The notes: a model not told the origin generated them from the sequence alone. A stretch of DNA of 64,000 bases from an uncultured Poribacteria bacterium (GCA_958296135.2 CATQHZ020000001.1:3936001-4000000), one strand, 5' to 3'; positions 19,505 to 29,736 are shown, counted from the first letter of the stretch. Program-made: numbers and translations.

Positions 19505-19932
19505 CTACGGGCTCGCGCAGAATCTCCAATTCGTTTGATCATCCCGATCCGCGATGGAACTGCTAGCATAAGCGTCGCCTTCCCACCGTGGAGTCCCGAG
19601 GTCTACGACTTGCTCTTGCTTATAAGGGTAGAAGCACTGCGTGCTCTCTACGGAGACACCGGCTGGTTTCTCCCTCGGATTGTTGCTACCAACTCTCGCG
19701 TGTAGCGAATAGTCGAGATAGTGCCAATGTGGGACAATCAGGTTAGCACCTGTCGTCATGTGGGACCAAGTAACGGACGCTCTTGCTTCCGTTTGGGAAG
19801 TATACCAAGGGCTTCCAACGGAGCAAGTCGCGTTCACAACTAGCGGCAGTGCCTTGGTTGAAAGGCTAATGATAAAACCGCTAGTCAGGAGCAATCCTAA
19901 AATTAGGATGCTAACGACTCTTTGGTAAACAT
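19505..19932 (-). pseudogene. Small secreted Cys-containing protein with apparent 1-nt frameshift after the start codon
   Basis: AAGGAG RBS precedes ATG 19932, which reads MFTKESLAS*; adding one A gives MFTKRVVSILILGLLL... in frame with the rest. Confidence 0.5.
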
Positions 19933-20264
19933 TGAAGTTTTCTCCTTTTTTCCCCTCCCGCTGAAGAACGGAGAGGTCGGAAAGATAAAAATAGAAACCT
20001 TCGCTAGCAACGTTGGGCAGAATCCCCGGATGCGTTTTCATGATGCCCAACGGGATAGTGTCACTGATGCGTTCCGATTGTTACGCGCTACCTGACCTGT
20101 CTTTCACACGCAAACAACTCATGTTCAACTCACTTTTGTGATTTTTGTCAAAATTCAGGCGCAGCAAGGGAGCAACCAGAACTAGGTTGTGTTTAAATTT
20201 TGGCGGGCGGAGAGAGACATCTGTCCTTACCGTTCAGACAGACCCCGTAGGCACGGTTTCAAAC

Positions 20265-20386
20265 CGCGCCTACCGGTGTAGGTGTGACTAGCGTGGCTTT
20301 GCTTTTCATATCTATTTGCTCCTCGTGGGGGTGAGTGTATTTTTTATTTTAACATAACCTCTCTAAAAATGTCCAGTTAATTTTTT
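20265..20386. repeat. 122-bp direct repeat, copy 2 (orphan promoter plus 16-codon gene stub ending in a REP)
   Basis: Minus strand reads MKSKATLVTPTPVGAV*, versus MKSKATLVTPTSVGALCK... at 16100. Confidence 0.9.
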
Positions 20387-20678
20387 AAGGCGGATTCGGT
20401 GAAGGCTCGTAGCAGGGGGGCCAGGACCGGATACCGGCAACCGAGGATAATATGTGATAACACGCCGGCAACTGGAACCGTGCGAGCATCAGTGGATGAT
20501 GAAACAGCCACTTGCGTCGAAAACAGTAATATGATATACTAGTTCATGTCAGAATACTTCATCGGGTGTCTCCTGGAATGTTTGGTTTGTTCATGCTAGG
20601 ATACCCCAATTCCTGACAGTTTGCAACAACGATTTATGAAACACCCTCATTCAAATCAACGACAGAGGAGGCATTTCG

Positions 20679-21539
20679 ATGAGAACCTTAGCATGGCTCG
20701 TGCTGCTCTTTTGGCTCAGCGGCGGTGTGTTCGCCGCTGCCGAATACCTGCACGAGGCGCGTGAACCTACCGCGCTGGAGCAAGCGGCGTTCGCGCGCCT
20801 AAAAAATAAGTTTCCCGGTGCGGTGCTGGATGCGAACCTTAGAACCTTCCGTAACCTCGCCGAGAGTCCCGAATATCTCACCTTCCTCGCCGAAGCATAT
20901 CCGGACGCGGCACCGCTGAAGGCGTTTGAGGAGATTATTGACTTTGAGAAGATTATGAACAGGATTTTGCCTCCGAAAGAACGCTACCTCAGCTTCTATC
21001 GGGCGCAGTTCGGGGCGGGAACAGTAGACGAGGTAACGGATGAGGAACATTTCCTCGTCCACTTTGACGTGACGACGAAATGGGTTCGCGAAGCATCTAA
21101 AGCTGGCGGAGAGCTATCGAACGCTGAGCGCACTGATGGGATGAGGCGTATGTCAGGGCGCACTCCTGCTAGACTCATGGGTACATCGGCGGCGAGAGAA
21201 ATGCTGGCACGCCGCTTCGGCATTGACGCAACTATCAAACTCACACAAGCGGAATGGACACCGATTGTCCAGTATTTCAAAATGCCGCTGGGAGAAGTAG
21301 CCGATGCGCACCTCGCCGAGGATGTGCGCTGGATAAAAACCGTCTTTGAGACGTATGGGCAAGCCGATGGAAGTTTGCAGATAGCACTCCAGGATCCGCT
21401 GCTTTTCAATCGAATCGTGTACGCGTTTAACACAGACAAGACGTTCCTGACCTGGGTCTATCCCCCTGTGGATAGGCATCAAAAAGCGCGCTTGCTCCCT
21501 GGATTAAAGCCGAGTGCAAGCCCGCCAAAGGAACGTTAA
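20679..21539 (+). CDS. Secreted hypothetical protein
   Basis: GAGGAGG RBS, signal peptide, 286-aa ORF; no family recognised. Confidence 0.65.
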   Translation: MRTLAWLVLLFWLSGGVFAAAEYLHEAREPTALEQAAFARLKNKFPGAVLDANLRTFRNLAESPEYLTFLAEAYPDAAPLKAFEEIIDFEKIMNRILPPKERYLSFYRAQFGAGTVDEVTDEEHFLVHFDVTTKWVREASKAGGELSNAERTDGMRRMSGRTPARLMGTSAAREMLARRFGIDATIKLTQAEWTPIVQYFKMPLGEVADAHLAEDVRWIKTVFETYGQADGSLQIALQDPLLFNRIVYAFNTDKTFLTWVYPPVDRHQKARLLPGLKPSASPPKER

Positions 21540-21753
21540 CTCTCTAAGCCCCGGCGGACAGATGCACCGCCGCGCGGCGAGTTTCGTCCGCGTGCACGTT
21601 TCACAACGGGCGCGCGGGCAAACCGCACCTACCGGGTTGGCACGGCTCTCAACTTTGCAACTCTTTTGGAGATACCGCACACAACTCAAGGTTCTCGCCA
21701 GCATCAAAACTATCGCGGATATGGAAATCCATCCTTACATTCCGGAATGAGTC

Positions 21754-22797
21754 TTACAGCTTCAATTTGCCCCACACGGTGATGAGCAACCGCGGCTGCG
21801 GCACAACCGGCAATGCCGCCGGATCGAACCAAGCCGCATCAAAATTAGAACCCGCAGCGGTGAGCTGCACCGGGACACCGCCTCCCAAATCGATTTTGAA
21901 AAGGTGCAACTCCTCGCCAATAGTTTGTTGGTAAATCAACTCACTTCCACGGGGAGACCAGGCCGGATCGGACGTTTTCGTGCCATCCAAAACAACAAGC
22001 CGTTTCAACCCGCTACCGTCGCGATTGATGGAATAGAGCGCCGATTGAATATCAGCCGCTTTGCCATCCCCTTTGACGACACCCGCTTGCTTATCGCCTT
22101 TCTTTACCTCCGGGGCATCGCGTGCCTCCCGCGCCTTATCGAGAAGGAAATCGAATATATCTAGCCGCGTGAAGGCGATTTGCGCCCCATCGGGACTCCA
22201 CGCCAAATCCATGGCCATCGCGCCTTCCATCGGCGCGATTGTCTCTTCCTCCCGAGTCTCTACGTTGATAACCCGAATCTCACCTTTCTCCGAAACAAAG
22301 GCGATTTCGGTCCCATCGGGTGCCCAAACAGGGAAACTTCCATCTGCAATACGCTTTTCACCCGTGCCATTAATTGAGGCGATATAGAACTGCGGCACTT
22401 TTTTGTCTTTCTTGCTGCCGCGCACATAGACAATCCGTCTCCCATCGGGTGCCCACGCCGGATGTTGTCTCACGTCCCATTGCCGGAAGACACGCCTGAC
22501 GTTTCGTCCCCGCGCGTCCATGAGATAAAGATCGAGGAAGCCATCCCGGTCGGACGTGAAAAGGATATGCCGTCCTGTCGGAGACCAGGTTGGGTGGTAA
22601 TTGTTTCCATCCAAATGAGTCAAACCTACCGGCTCCGTTCCATCGGGATTCATCAGATAGATGTCCCATGCGCCATCGCGGCTTGAGGAGAACGCGATTT
22701 TGGCAGTTGCCGGGGCCCTGGCGAGACTTACCTCAACGCCGGCGAGCATCAGTATCAAACTGAGCGCGCAAAAATATGAAAAATGCATCCGTTTCAT
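21754..22797 (-). CDS. TolB-like PD40-repeat beta-propeller with C-terminal TxWGKLK tail
   Basis: KIAFSSSRDGAWDIYLMNPDG, repeated P.WSPDG; C-terminal PVVPQPRLLITVWGKLKL. Confidence 0.85.
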   Translation of the reverse strand: MKRMHFSYFCALSLILMLAGVEVSLARAPATAKIAFSSSRDGAWDIYLMNPDGTEPVGLTHLDGNNYHPTWSPTGRHILFTSDRDGFLDLYLMDARGRNVRRVFRQWDVRQHPAWAPDGRRIVYVRGSKKDKKVPQFYIASINGTGEKRIADGSFPVWAPDGTEIAFVSEKGEIRVINVETREEETIAPMEGAMAMDLAWSPDGAQIAFTRLDIFDFLLDKAREARDAPEVKKGDKQAGVVKGDGKAADIQSALYSINRDGSGLKRLVVLDGTKTSDPAWSPRGSELIYQQTIGEELHLFKIDLGGGVPVQLTAAGSNFDAAWFDPAALPVVPQPRLLITVWGKLKL

Positions 22798-24104
22798 CGT
22801 TCATTCCTCCTTCGGGGTTCGTTCTCTGTCCTATCAAAAATCAGCAGTGCGTCCGCGGTCGCGCGTCCCTGTTGCTTCGGCATCGGACGAACGCGCCGGT
22901 TGCCGCGGGCTGCCTTTTGGGGTTTCTCTCGTGAGTTAACACTCACTACCTTATCTCGGATGATGAGCATAGAGGAACTGCCGCCGTCAAGATTGAGCGC
23001 ATCTGTCGCCCCCCATTCGGCAAACAATTCCGCGAGGCGCGGCAACGTCACGCCGCGTCTAACCCCGGCATCCACGGCGGTTATCGTTACAAAAAGCAGC
23101 GTGCCATCCACCTTTTTCCCGATAGCGGTGCGCGGGTGCCAGAAACTATGGAACGCTTTGTCAAACCCTTCGGCCTGATACGCTCTCGTGGAAGACGCAA
23201 TACCATCGCGGAGTAACAGCGGTCCGCCGCCGATAATATGTTCGCAACTCTCCCACAGCGCGCTGTCGCCGACGCGTTCCGGAATGACTGTCTCGCGAAT
23301 CTGCACAGCATCTCCAACGGCCAGGTTCGCTAAGAGCACCTCCCGTTTCTTGCCGCTTGCGGAGAGGATGTAGCCATCGGCGGGGATGCGTAGGCTGCCG
23401 GTTCTATCGTAAATGCCAGCAATTTCGCCGTTTTTCACAACTACCTCAACGCCATTGGGCATTGTCAATGTCACGCTGTGGAAGTCGGAACGGTAAAGCA
23501 CCAATTCGTTTCTGCCGCGGCTACGATTGAGGCCATCAACCCGGAACCTCTCGCCGTTCGGGAGGATGAATTCTATTTTCAGGACAATCCTGTCAATGGA
23601 CGTTTCAAGTTTGCCGTTGACAGTTCTGAATCCGATGACAGCTCTACCTTGTTCAGGTTCACTGTGCCATTCGCCATCAATCTTCAGCGCGCCGACAGAT
23701 TCACCGCGGAAGGTGCCTACCATCTCAAAGTAGCCGCCGTTTATGGCGGCGAGTGCTTTGTGCCGCCGCGCCAAAGAACGTAACGTTTCGGTGCCGATGC
23801 CAGCCTCCAAGGCGCGATAAGGACGGATTTCCACTGCAGCCGGTGACATTTCAAGGACGTTCGTCAGCACCCCTCTGTGTTGCATCTGCCGATGCACGAT
23901 GCCGGGCGCGATGCGCTGCGTCACATCGCGCCGGGAGAAATCGAGATAGGAGGTGACATACTGCTTGAGCTGACTGAAGCGCGCGGCACGTCCGGTCCAG
24001 ATACCGAGGACGAAGGTGAGCAAGAAGGCTACCGTCAGCCAGAAGCGTGGATATCGCTTCATGCCATGGAAGCCGCGCCGCATCAAATAGACGATGTCAA
24101 ACAT
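22794..24104 (-). CDS. Phosphodiester glycosidase family protein (NAGPA/DUF2233)
   Basis: AAINGGYF, GGGPLLL, HPRTAIG, ALNLDGGSSS; start uncertain (24104 or 24062). Confidence 0.85.
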   Translation of the reverse strand: MFDIVYLMRRGFHGMKRYPRFWLTVAFLLTFVLGIWTGRAARFSQLKQYVTSYLDFSRRDVTQRIAPGIVHRQMQHRGVLTNVLEMSPAAVEIRPYRALEAGIGTETLRSLARRHKALAAINGGYFEMVGTFRGESVGALKIDGEWHSEPEQGRAVIGFRTVNGKLETSIDRIVLKIEFILPNGERFRVDGLNRSRGRNELVLYRSDFHSVTLTMPNGVEVVVKNGEIAGIYDRTGSLRIPADGYILSASGKKREVLLANLAVGDAVQIRETVIPERVGDSALWESCEHIIGGGPLLLRDGIASSTRAYQAEGFDKAFHSFWHPRTAIGKKVDGTLLFVTITAVDAGVRRGVTLPRLAELFAEWGATDALNLDGGSSSMLIIRDKVVSVNSREKPQKAARGNRRVRPMPKQQGRATADALLIFDRTENEPRRRNER

Positions 24105-24218
24105 GATAATTTGTCGTTGTTCCGTAGGGCGAAGGCCTGTCCCTCGCACTACGGGGGCAGGGTAAGGGTTGCAAGTCTTGACAACGTCAAGACGGCCTGG
24201 TAAAGAGAGTCAGCAGCC

Positions 24219-25637
24219 TCAGTGATGCTCAACGAACGCCTCGCGAAAGACAAAAATTCGTTTCTCCCATGCATCACACGTTGCATACGTGCGTTGCACG
24301 GAGGCACCGATATAATTTGCCGGCGTGCGGAGTGCCGCGCGTTGCGCATCCGTCAGTTTGTCAAGAAACGGCCGGAACGTCTCATCTTCCCAAAGCAGCG
24401 CGGAGAGACTTTTCCCTGTCTCATGTACCTGCGCAATCAACTGGCGGGTGTGCTCATAGGCATCAGGAAATCCGTAATACGCCATCAAAAGATAGATAGG
24501 TTCCGCAATCGTATCCTCCGCGCTGAGGGCTAGGTTCCGGCGCATATTCTCCGCCTTGACATCCATCTCCCCCACGGCGCGCTGCAGCCGGTAGATGGCA
24601 TAATCAAACGCGGTGAACAATTCCGTTAAAAAACGGCTTGAGGCAGAATTCGTCAGGTCGCGCTGATGTTCAAGGATACTGTCCATAAAGACAGTTTGCA
24701 TGCGTGGCACAAACGCCTTCCAGAGACTTTTGACGTTCTCATACGCCTCCGGATTTACCTTGTGCGGCATCGTCGATGAACCGACAAGCTGGGGATTATA
24801 TTTCCTACCTACCTCCGCAATTTCGGTGCGGTAAAGGTGCCGCATATCATCGGCGAAATTGGCAAGCACGGTGTAAGCCGCCGTAATCTGATACGCCAAG
24901 TCCGCTATAAACTCCGGCTCCACACACTGCGTTGACGTGTGTGTATCGGATGGCTTCAAACCGAGCAAGGCAAGGAAATGTGCCTCGATTTGTTCCGGGT
25001 GCTCGTGAATTAGCGCAAGTCCATTAAACGCACCGACTGCGCCTGAAAATTGGCCCCGCAGGTTTTGGGCGGCATCGTGAATCTTCTCAATGCGCGTGCC
25101 GATACGACTGACGTAGAGTGCTACCGTGTAGCCGAAGGTAGTCGGTTCGGCGTGTTGTCCGTGCGTCCTGCCGATTTGCACCGTCGCCGCATGCTCCCGC
25201 GCCAACGCAATAAGCTGCTTCTCGAACGCCACCATATCGGGAATAATAACGTTTTCCGTGAGTTCTTTGAACCGCAAGGCGGTGGCAGTATCAAGTATGT
25301 CGGCGGATGTCGCAAACAGGTGAACATAGGGGCGCGCTTCAGACGAAATCTTTCGCTTGATGACATTCACAAGCGAGCGGATGTTGTGCCGGATGCGCCG
25401 CTGTTCCTCGTAAACCTCTTCTGCCGTGACGAGGGCAACTGCCTGTGCCACTTCATCGGCGCTCTCTGTGGTGCAGACACCGTAGTCTGCGAGGGTGCGC
25501 ACGAGTGCCGCCTCTACTCTCGCCTGATAGGTGACGTAGCCCGCCTCGGAGACGTAAGGCAGAAGCCGTTTCATAAATGCCGTGTCGCCACCATAGTATC
25601 GAAAATCTAGTGGACTAACGGCTTCGTAAAGTTCCAT
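24219..25637 (-). CDS. purB: Adenylosuccinate lyase
   Basis: SPLDFRY, GRTHGQHAEPTT, GSSTMPHKVNP, QRDLTNS. Confidence 0.9.
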   Translation of the reverse strand: MELYEAVSPLDFRYYGGDTAFMKRLLPYVSEAGYVTYQARVEAALVRTLADYGVCTTESADEVAQAVALVTAEEVYEEQRRIRHNIRSLVNVIKRKISSEARPYVHLFATSADILDTATALRFKELTENVIIPDMVAFEKQLIALAREHAATVQIGRTHGQHAEPTTFGYTVALYVSRIGTRIEKIHDAAQNLRGQFSGAVGAFNGLALIHEHPEQIEAHFLALLGLKPSDTHTSTQCVEPEFIADLAYQITAAYTVLANFADDMRHLYRTEIAEVGRKYNPQLVGSSTMPHKVNPEAYENVKSLWKAFVPRMQTVFMDSILEHQRDLTNSASSRFLTELFTAFDYAIYRLQRAVGEMDVKAENMRRNLALSAEDTIAEPIYLLMAYYGFPDAYEHTRQLIAQVHETGKSLSALLWEDETFRPFLDKLTDAQRAALRTPANYIGASVQRTYATCDAWEKRIFVFREAFVEHH

Positions 25638-25696
25638 AGAAAGTGTTTCTCCATTCTCGGTTTTAATAGCGCACGCGTTGGCTGTGCCGTTTTGGC

Positions 25697-26311
25697 TCAG
25701 GCGTGTCTGCTATCGGTTTCAGTCGCGGCTTCAAAGACTGCATTAAGTGCGCCAAAGAGTTCTGGGAATTTGGCCAGCAAGAAAGGCGTTATGTTTTGCG
25801 TAAAAACATCGCCAGAAAGCCGCCCAAATTCCCACGATTTCCCATCGGTGACAATGCCATATACCGGACAAGCCGCATCGTCATTGATTTTCTGTGCGGC
25901 GACTAATTCGGCGAGACATTGTCCCCAGCCCAGTTCAAAATCGTTCTTCTTCGCCTCTACCATAAGTATTAGCGGGCTTCCGACAACAGTTTTGCCTAAT
26001 TCCGATTTGGTGGAGACGAAGTAATCTGGCGTGCCAGTCAAAATGTCATCGTAAACGATGGATTTCCTTACCCAGAGTGCACAAATATCTGCATACGCCT
26101 TGTAGACTTCCCGTAAGACAGGAAAGATAATTGCCTCTGTCCGGATTGCCTCGGACGTGAAAACATCAAAGTGCTCCTGAGTAAACGCGAGCTCTTCAAG
26201 AAAATGCTCCGACGGTTTTGAAGGTTCCCCCTTGACGAAGTCACTTTCCGAGTAGGTGATTCTGAATTGCTGCTGCACCTCAGAGACTGTTTTGAAATCG
26301 CTAAATGCCAC
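25697..26311 (-). CDS. PD-(D/E)XK-like hypothetical protein (MA[YF]SDF family), divergent paralog
   Basis: GTPDYF...MVEAKKNDFELGWGQCLAELVAAQKIN...VYGIVTDGKSWEFG; GTG start after AGGAGG. Confidence 0.75.
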   Translation of the reverse strand: MAFSDFKTVSEVQQQFRITYSESDFVKGEPSKPSEHFLEELAFTQEHFDVFTSEAIRTEAIIFPVLREVYKAYADICALWVRKSIVYDDILTGTPDYFVSTKSELGKTVVGSPLILMVEAKKNDFELGWGQCLAELVAAQKINDDAACPVYGIVTDGKSWEFGRLSGDVFTQNITPFLLAKFPELFGALNAVFEAATETDSRHA

Positions 26312-26343
26312 GGGCTTCTCCCTCCTTTTTTCACGCTTTAGAT

Positions 26344-26371
26344 ATTATACCATATTTCGCGGCAATGTCAA
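26344..26371 (-). promoter_or_regulatory. Sigma70 promoter for 26311 gene
   Basis: TTGACA-N16-TATAAT with extended TG. Confidence 0.65.
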
Positions 26372-26383
26372 AATAAAAAAGAT

Positions 26384-26412
26384 TTGACATCTAGTCCCAA
26401 ATATGGTATCAT
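26384..26412 (+). promoter_or_regulatory. Sigma70 promoter for ileS-selA operon
   Basis: TTGACA-N17-TATCAT with extended TG; back-to-back with the divergent promoter. Confidence 0.65.
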
Positions 26413-26461
26413 AATTAATAAATACAATTTTTCGTTTCTAAAAAAACGAGAGGGATTTCGC

Positions 26462-29400
26462 ATGTTTGAAGAGGTATCCCCACAATTCACGTTTGCAGAC
26501 AGGGAAAAAGCAACTTTGGATTTCTGGCGTGAACACCACATCTTTCAGAAAAGCATGGAATTGCACAAGGCGGACCCGCCCTTCGTCTTTCTCGAAGGAC
26601 CGCCGTTCGCGAACGCACCACCCGGCGTGCATCACGTCCTCGCACGCATCATGAAAGATGCTGTCTGCCGCTACAAAACGATGACAGGACACTATGTCCA
26701 TCGAAAAGCCGGCTGGGACACGCACGGACTCCCCGTTGAATACCAAGTCGAAAAGCAACTCAATATCACAAATAAGGCGGAACTTGAGGCATACGGTGTT
26801 CAGAACTTCATCGAAAAGTGCAAGGAGAACGTCTTCCAATACGAACAGGAATGGCGGCTCATGACTGAGCGCATCGGGTTCTGGGTGAACCTAGACGATG
26901 CCTACATCACGCTGTCAAACGATTACATTGAGAGCGTGTGGTGGGTGCTGCGGCAAGCGTGGGATAAGGAGCTCCTGTATCAAGGACACAAAGTGCAACC
27001 CTACTGCTGTCGATGCGGCACAACCCTCGCTACGCACGAAGTCGCACTCGGTTACAAGACTGTCGAAGATCCTTCTATCTACGTGCAGTTCCCCATCAAA
27101 AACAAGGAGAATACCTACCTACTTGTCTGGACGACAACACCGTGGACGCTCCCCTCTAACGTGGCCATCGCTGTGGGCGAAGATTACGATTACGTCTGCG
27201 TTGAGCATGAAGGACAGAATCTCATCCTCGCAGCCGAACTTTTACCGAAAATGTTCGCGGAGGAACAGCCGAGGGTGACAACACGCTACAAGGGACATGA
27301 ACTCCTCGGTTGGCACTACGAACCGCTGTTCGACTTCGCAGAAACCGCACAATCCGGAGCGCGAGGGACTGTCCCTCACGCGCTAGCATCGGCCAGCGAG
27401 CGCGCCTACAGCATCGTCGCAGCCGACTTTGTCACGCTCGAAGATGGTACCGGATTGGTGCATATCGCCCCCGCTTTCGGACAAGACGACTACGATATCG
27501 GACAGAAATACGGCCTGCCTTTGGTGCAACTGGTAGCCCCAGACGGAACATTTGTCACTGAAGTAGCCCCGTGGGCAGGCGAATTTGTGAAAGATGCAGA
27601 CTCGGGTATCATCGAAAACCTCGCAGGGCGCGGGCTACTGTTGAAAGCAGATGAGTACACGCACGAATACCCGTTCTGTTGGCGATGCGATACGCCGCTG
27701 CTCTATTACGCACGCGAGTCTTGGTTCATCCGCACCACCGCCATCCGCGAACAGATGCTCCAGCACAATCAACAGATAAACTGGTACCCTGAGCATATCA
27801 AAGAGGGACGGTTCGGCAATTGGCTGGAAAACAACGTCGACTGGGGGCTGAGCCGCGAACGGTACTGGGGAACGCCGCTGCCGGTATGGACATGCAACAC
27901 CTGTGGAAATCAGCACTGCATCGGCAGTATCGCCGAAATGAAGGAGCACGGGCAGATGGCCGCCGATGCATCCGTAGCGCAAGGGCCCGGCACTCGCAAT
28001 GTCCCCATCCCTGACGATATCGAACTCCACCGTCCCTACGTCGACGATGTGATTCTCACCTGCAAGAAATGCGGCGGCACGATGCAGCGCGTGCAAGATG
28101 TCATCGATTGCTGGTTCGACTCCGGCTGCGCGCACACTGCACAATGGCACTACCCGTTTGAGAATCAGGATATGCTGACGCAGGCATACCCCGCTGATTT
28201 TATCTCCGAAGCCATCGATCAGACGCGCGGCTGGTTCTATAGCCTCTTGGCTACCGGCACGCTGCTCTACGATAAGCCTGCATACAAAAATTGCCTCTGC
28301 CTGGAACTCATCATGGCAGCAGATGGACAGAAGATGAGCAAAAGCCGCGGCAACACCGTCGATCCGTGGACAATTCTGAATGAACAGGGTGCCGATGCGA
28401 TGCGGTGGTACATGTTCACCGCTTGCCCGCCGTGGGCGCAGCGCGCTTTCAAACTTGAGGGAATTGACGAAGCACTGAAGAAGTTCATGGGCACCCTCCA
28501 TAACGTCTACAGTTTCTTCGTCATGTACGCCAATATCGAGGGAAGTTCCGTCCAATCCGTCACGCAAGGACCTGCCCCTCACGAACTTTCACTCATGGAT
28601 AAGTGGCTCTTGTCGCGGCTCCATACCACTATTGACACGGTTCGCACCGAGATGGAAAGTTATCATCTCACGAATGCGTCGCGCGCAATCGAGGCGTTCA
28701 TCGCTGATCTGAGCAATTGGTATGTTCGCCGTTCACGCGACCGGTTTTGGGGGGCGGAATCTGGCCCGGACAAGCGCGCTGCATACGCCACGCTTTACGA
28801 GGTGCTGGTAACCGCCGCGAAATTGTCCGCACCGTTCGTTCCGTTTCTGGCGGATGAGCTCTACCGGAACCTCGTCGGTTCGCTTGATGACGAGGCACCG
28901 GTAAGCGTTCACTTGGCACTCTACCCTGTCGCGGATGAGACGCTGAAAGACGCGCAGCTGGAAGCCGACATGGCATTCGTACGTGAGGTTATCAGCATGG
29001 GACACGCCGCTCGCAATCGCTCCGGCATCAAGACGCGGCAGCCGCTCTCAGAACTGACGATAGGCGGATTGTCCGAGGGGCAACAGGCAACCGTTACCTA
29101 TTTAGCAGAACTCGTGCATGCGGAACTCAACGTCAAATCCATCTCCTTCACGAAGGATATGAACGCCTTCGCGCAGGTAACGCTCAAACCGAACTTTAAG
29201 GTGTTAGGACCGAAGTACGGAAAGAATGTCCAAGCCATCGCGAAAACTCTCGCCACGGCTGATGCAACAAGTCTGAAGGCGGAACTCGATGCAACCGGCA
29301 GCTTACAAGTCGGGACTTTCACCCTCACGCCCGAAGAAATCGATGTGCAGACGCAGCACCGGGAAGGCTTCTTCGTGGAGGCGGACGCACAGAAATTCGT

Positions 29401-29689
29401 CGCCTTGGCGACAGAGGTGACGCACGAATTGAAGTTGGAAGGTTTGGCGCGCGAGCTCGTTAACAAAATCCAGAACCTGCGGAAAACGGCAGATTTTAAC
29501 GTCGCCGACCGGATTCAGTTGAGCCTCACCGCTACATCGCTGGTTCATGAGGCGTTTGAAGCACATCAGGACTATATTCTCAGGGAGACGCTCACCACCG
29601 AGGTAGTTGAATCGCCCAGAGAAAATGCGTTCAGCCGCGTCGAAAGCCTCAACGGCGAAGAGGCAACGCTGAGCGTCCTGCGTGTGTAA
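26462..29689 (+). CDS. ileS: Isoleucyl-tRNA synthetase, type 2 (IleRS2)
   Basis: EGPPFAN.PGVHH, GWDTHGLP, WTTTPWTLPSN, SRERYWGTPLP, DQTRGWF, KMSKS; long type-2 C-terminus (EGLARELVNKIQNLRK). Confidence 0.95.
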   Translation: MFEEVSPQFTFADREKATLDFWREHHIFQKSMELHKADPPFVFLEGPPFANAPPGVHHVLARIMKDAVCRYKTMTGHYVHRKAGWDTHGLPVEYQVEKQLNITNKAELEAYGVQNFIEKCKENVFQYEQEWRLMTERIGFWVNLDDAYITLSNDYIESVWWVLRQAWDKELLYQGHKVQPYCCRCGTTLATHEVALGYKTVEDPSIYVQFPIKNKENTYLLVWTTTPWTLPSNVAIAVGEDYDYVCVEHEGQNLILAAELLPKMFAEEQPRVTTRYKGHELLGWHYEPLFDFAETAQSGARGTVPHALASASERAYSIVAADFVTLEDGTGLVHIAPAFGQDDYDIGQKYGLPLVQLVAPDGTFVTEVAPWAGEFVKDADSGIIENLAGRGLLLKADEYTHEYPFCWRCDTPLLYYARESWFIRTTAIREQMLQHNQQINWYPEHIKEGRFGNWLENNVDWGLSRERYWGTPLPVWTCNTCGNQHCIGSIAEMKEHGQMAADASVAQGPGTRNVPIPDDIELHRPYVDDVILTCKKCGGTMQRVQDVIDCWFDSGCAHTAQWHYPFENQDMLTQAYPADFISEAIDQTRGWFYSLLATGTLLYDKPAYKNCLCLELIMAADGQKMSKSRGNTVDPWTILNEQGADAMRWYMFTACPPWAQRAFKLEGIDEALKKFMGTLHNVYSFFVMYANIEGSSVQSVTQGPAPHELSLMDKWLLSRLHTTIDTVRTEMESYHLTNASRAIEAFIADLSNWYVRRSRDRFWGAESGPDKRAAYATLYEVLVTAAKLSAPFVPFLADELYRNLVGSLDDEAPVSVHLALYPVADETLKDAQLEADMAFVREVISMGHAARNRSGIKTRQPLSELTIGGLSEGQQATVTYLAELVHAELNVKSISFTKDMNAFAQVTLKPNFKVLGPKYGKNVQAIAKTLATADATSLKAELDATGSLQVGTFTLTPEEIDVQTQHREGFFVEADAQKFVALATEVTHELKLEGLARELVNKIQNLRKTADFNVADRIQLSLTATSLVHEAFEAHQDYILRETLTTEVVESPRENAFSRVESLNGEEATLSVLRV

Positions 29690-29736
29690 GGGTGGATTTC
29701 TATAGCCACCCTTACCACCAATAGAGGGAAAATAGG

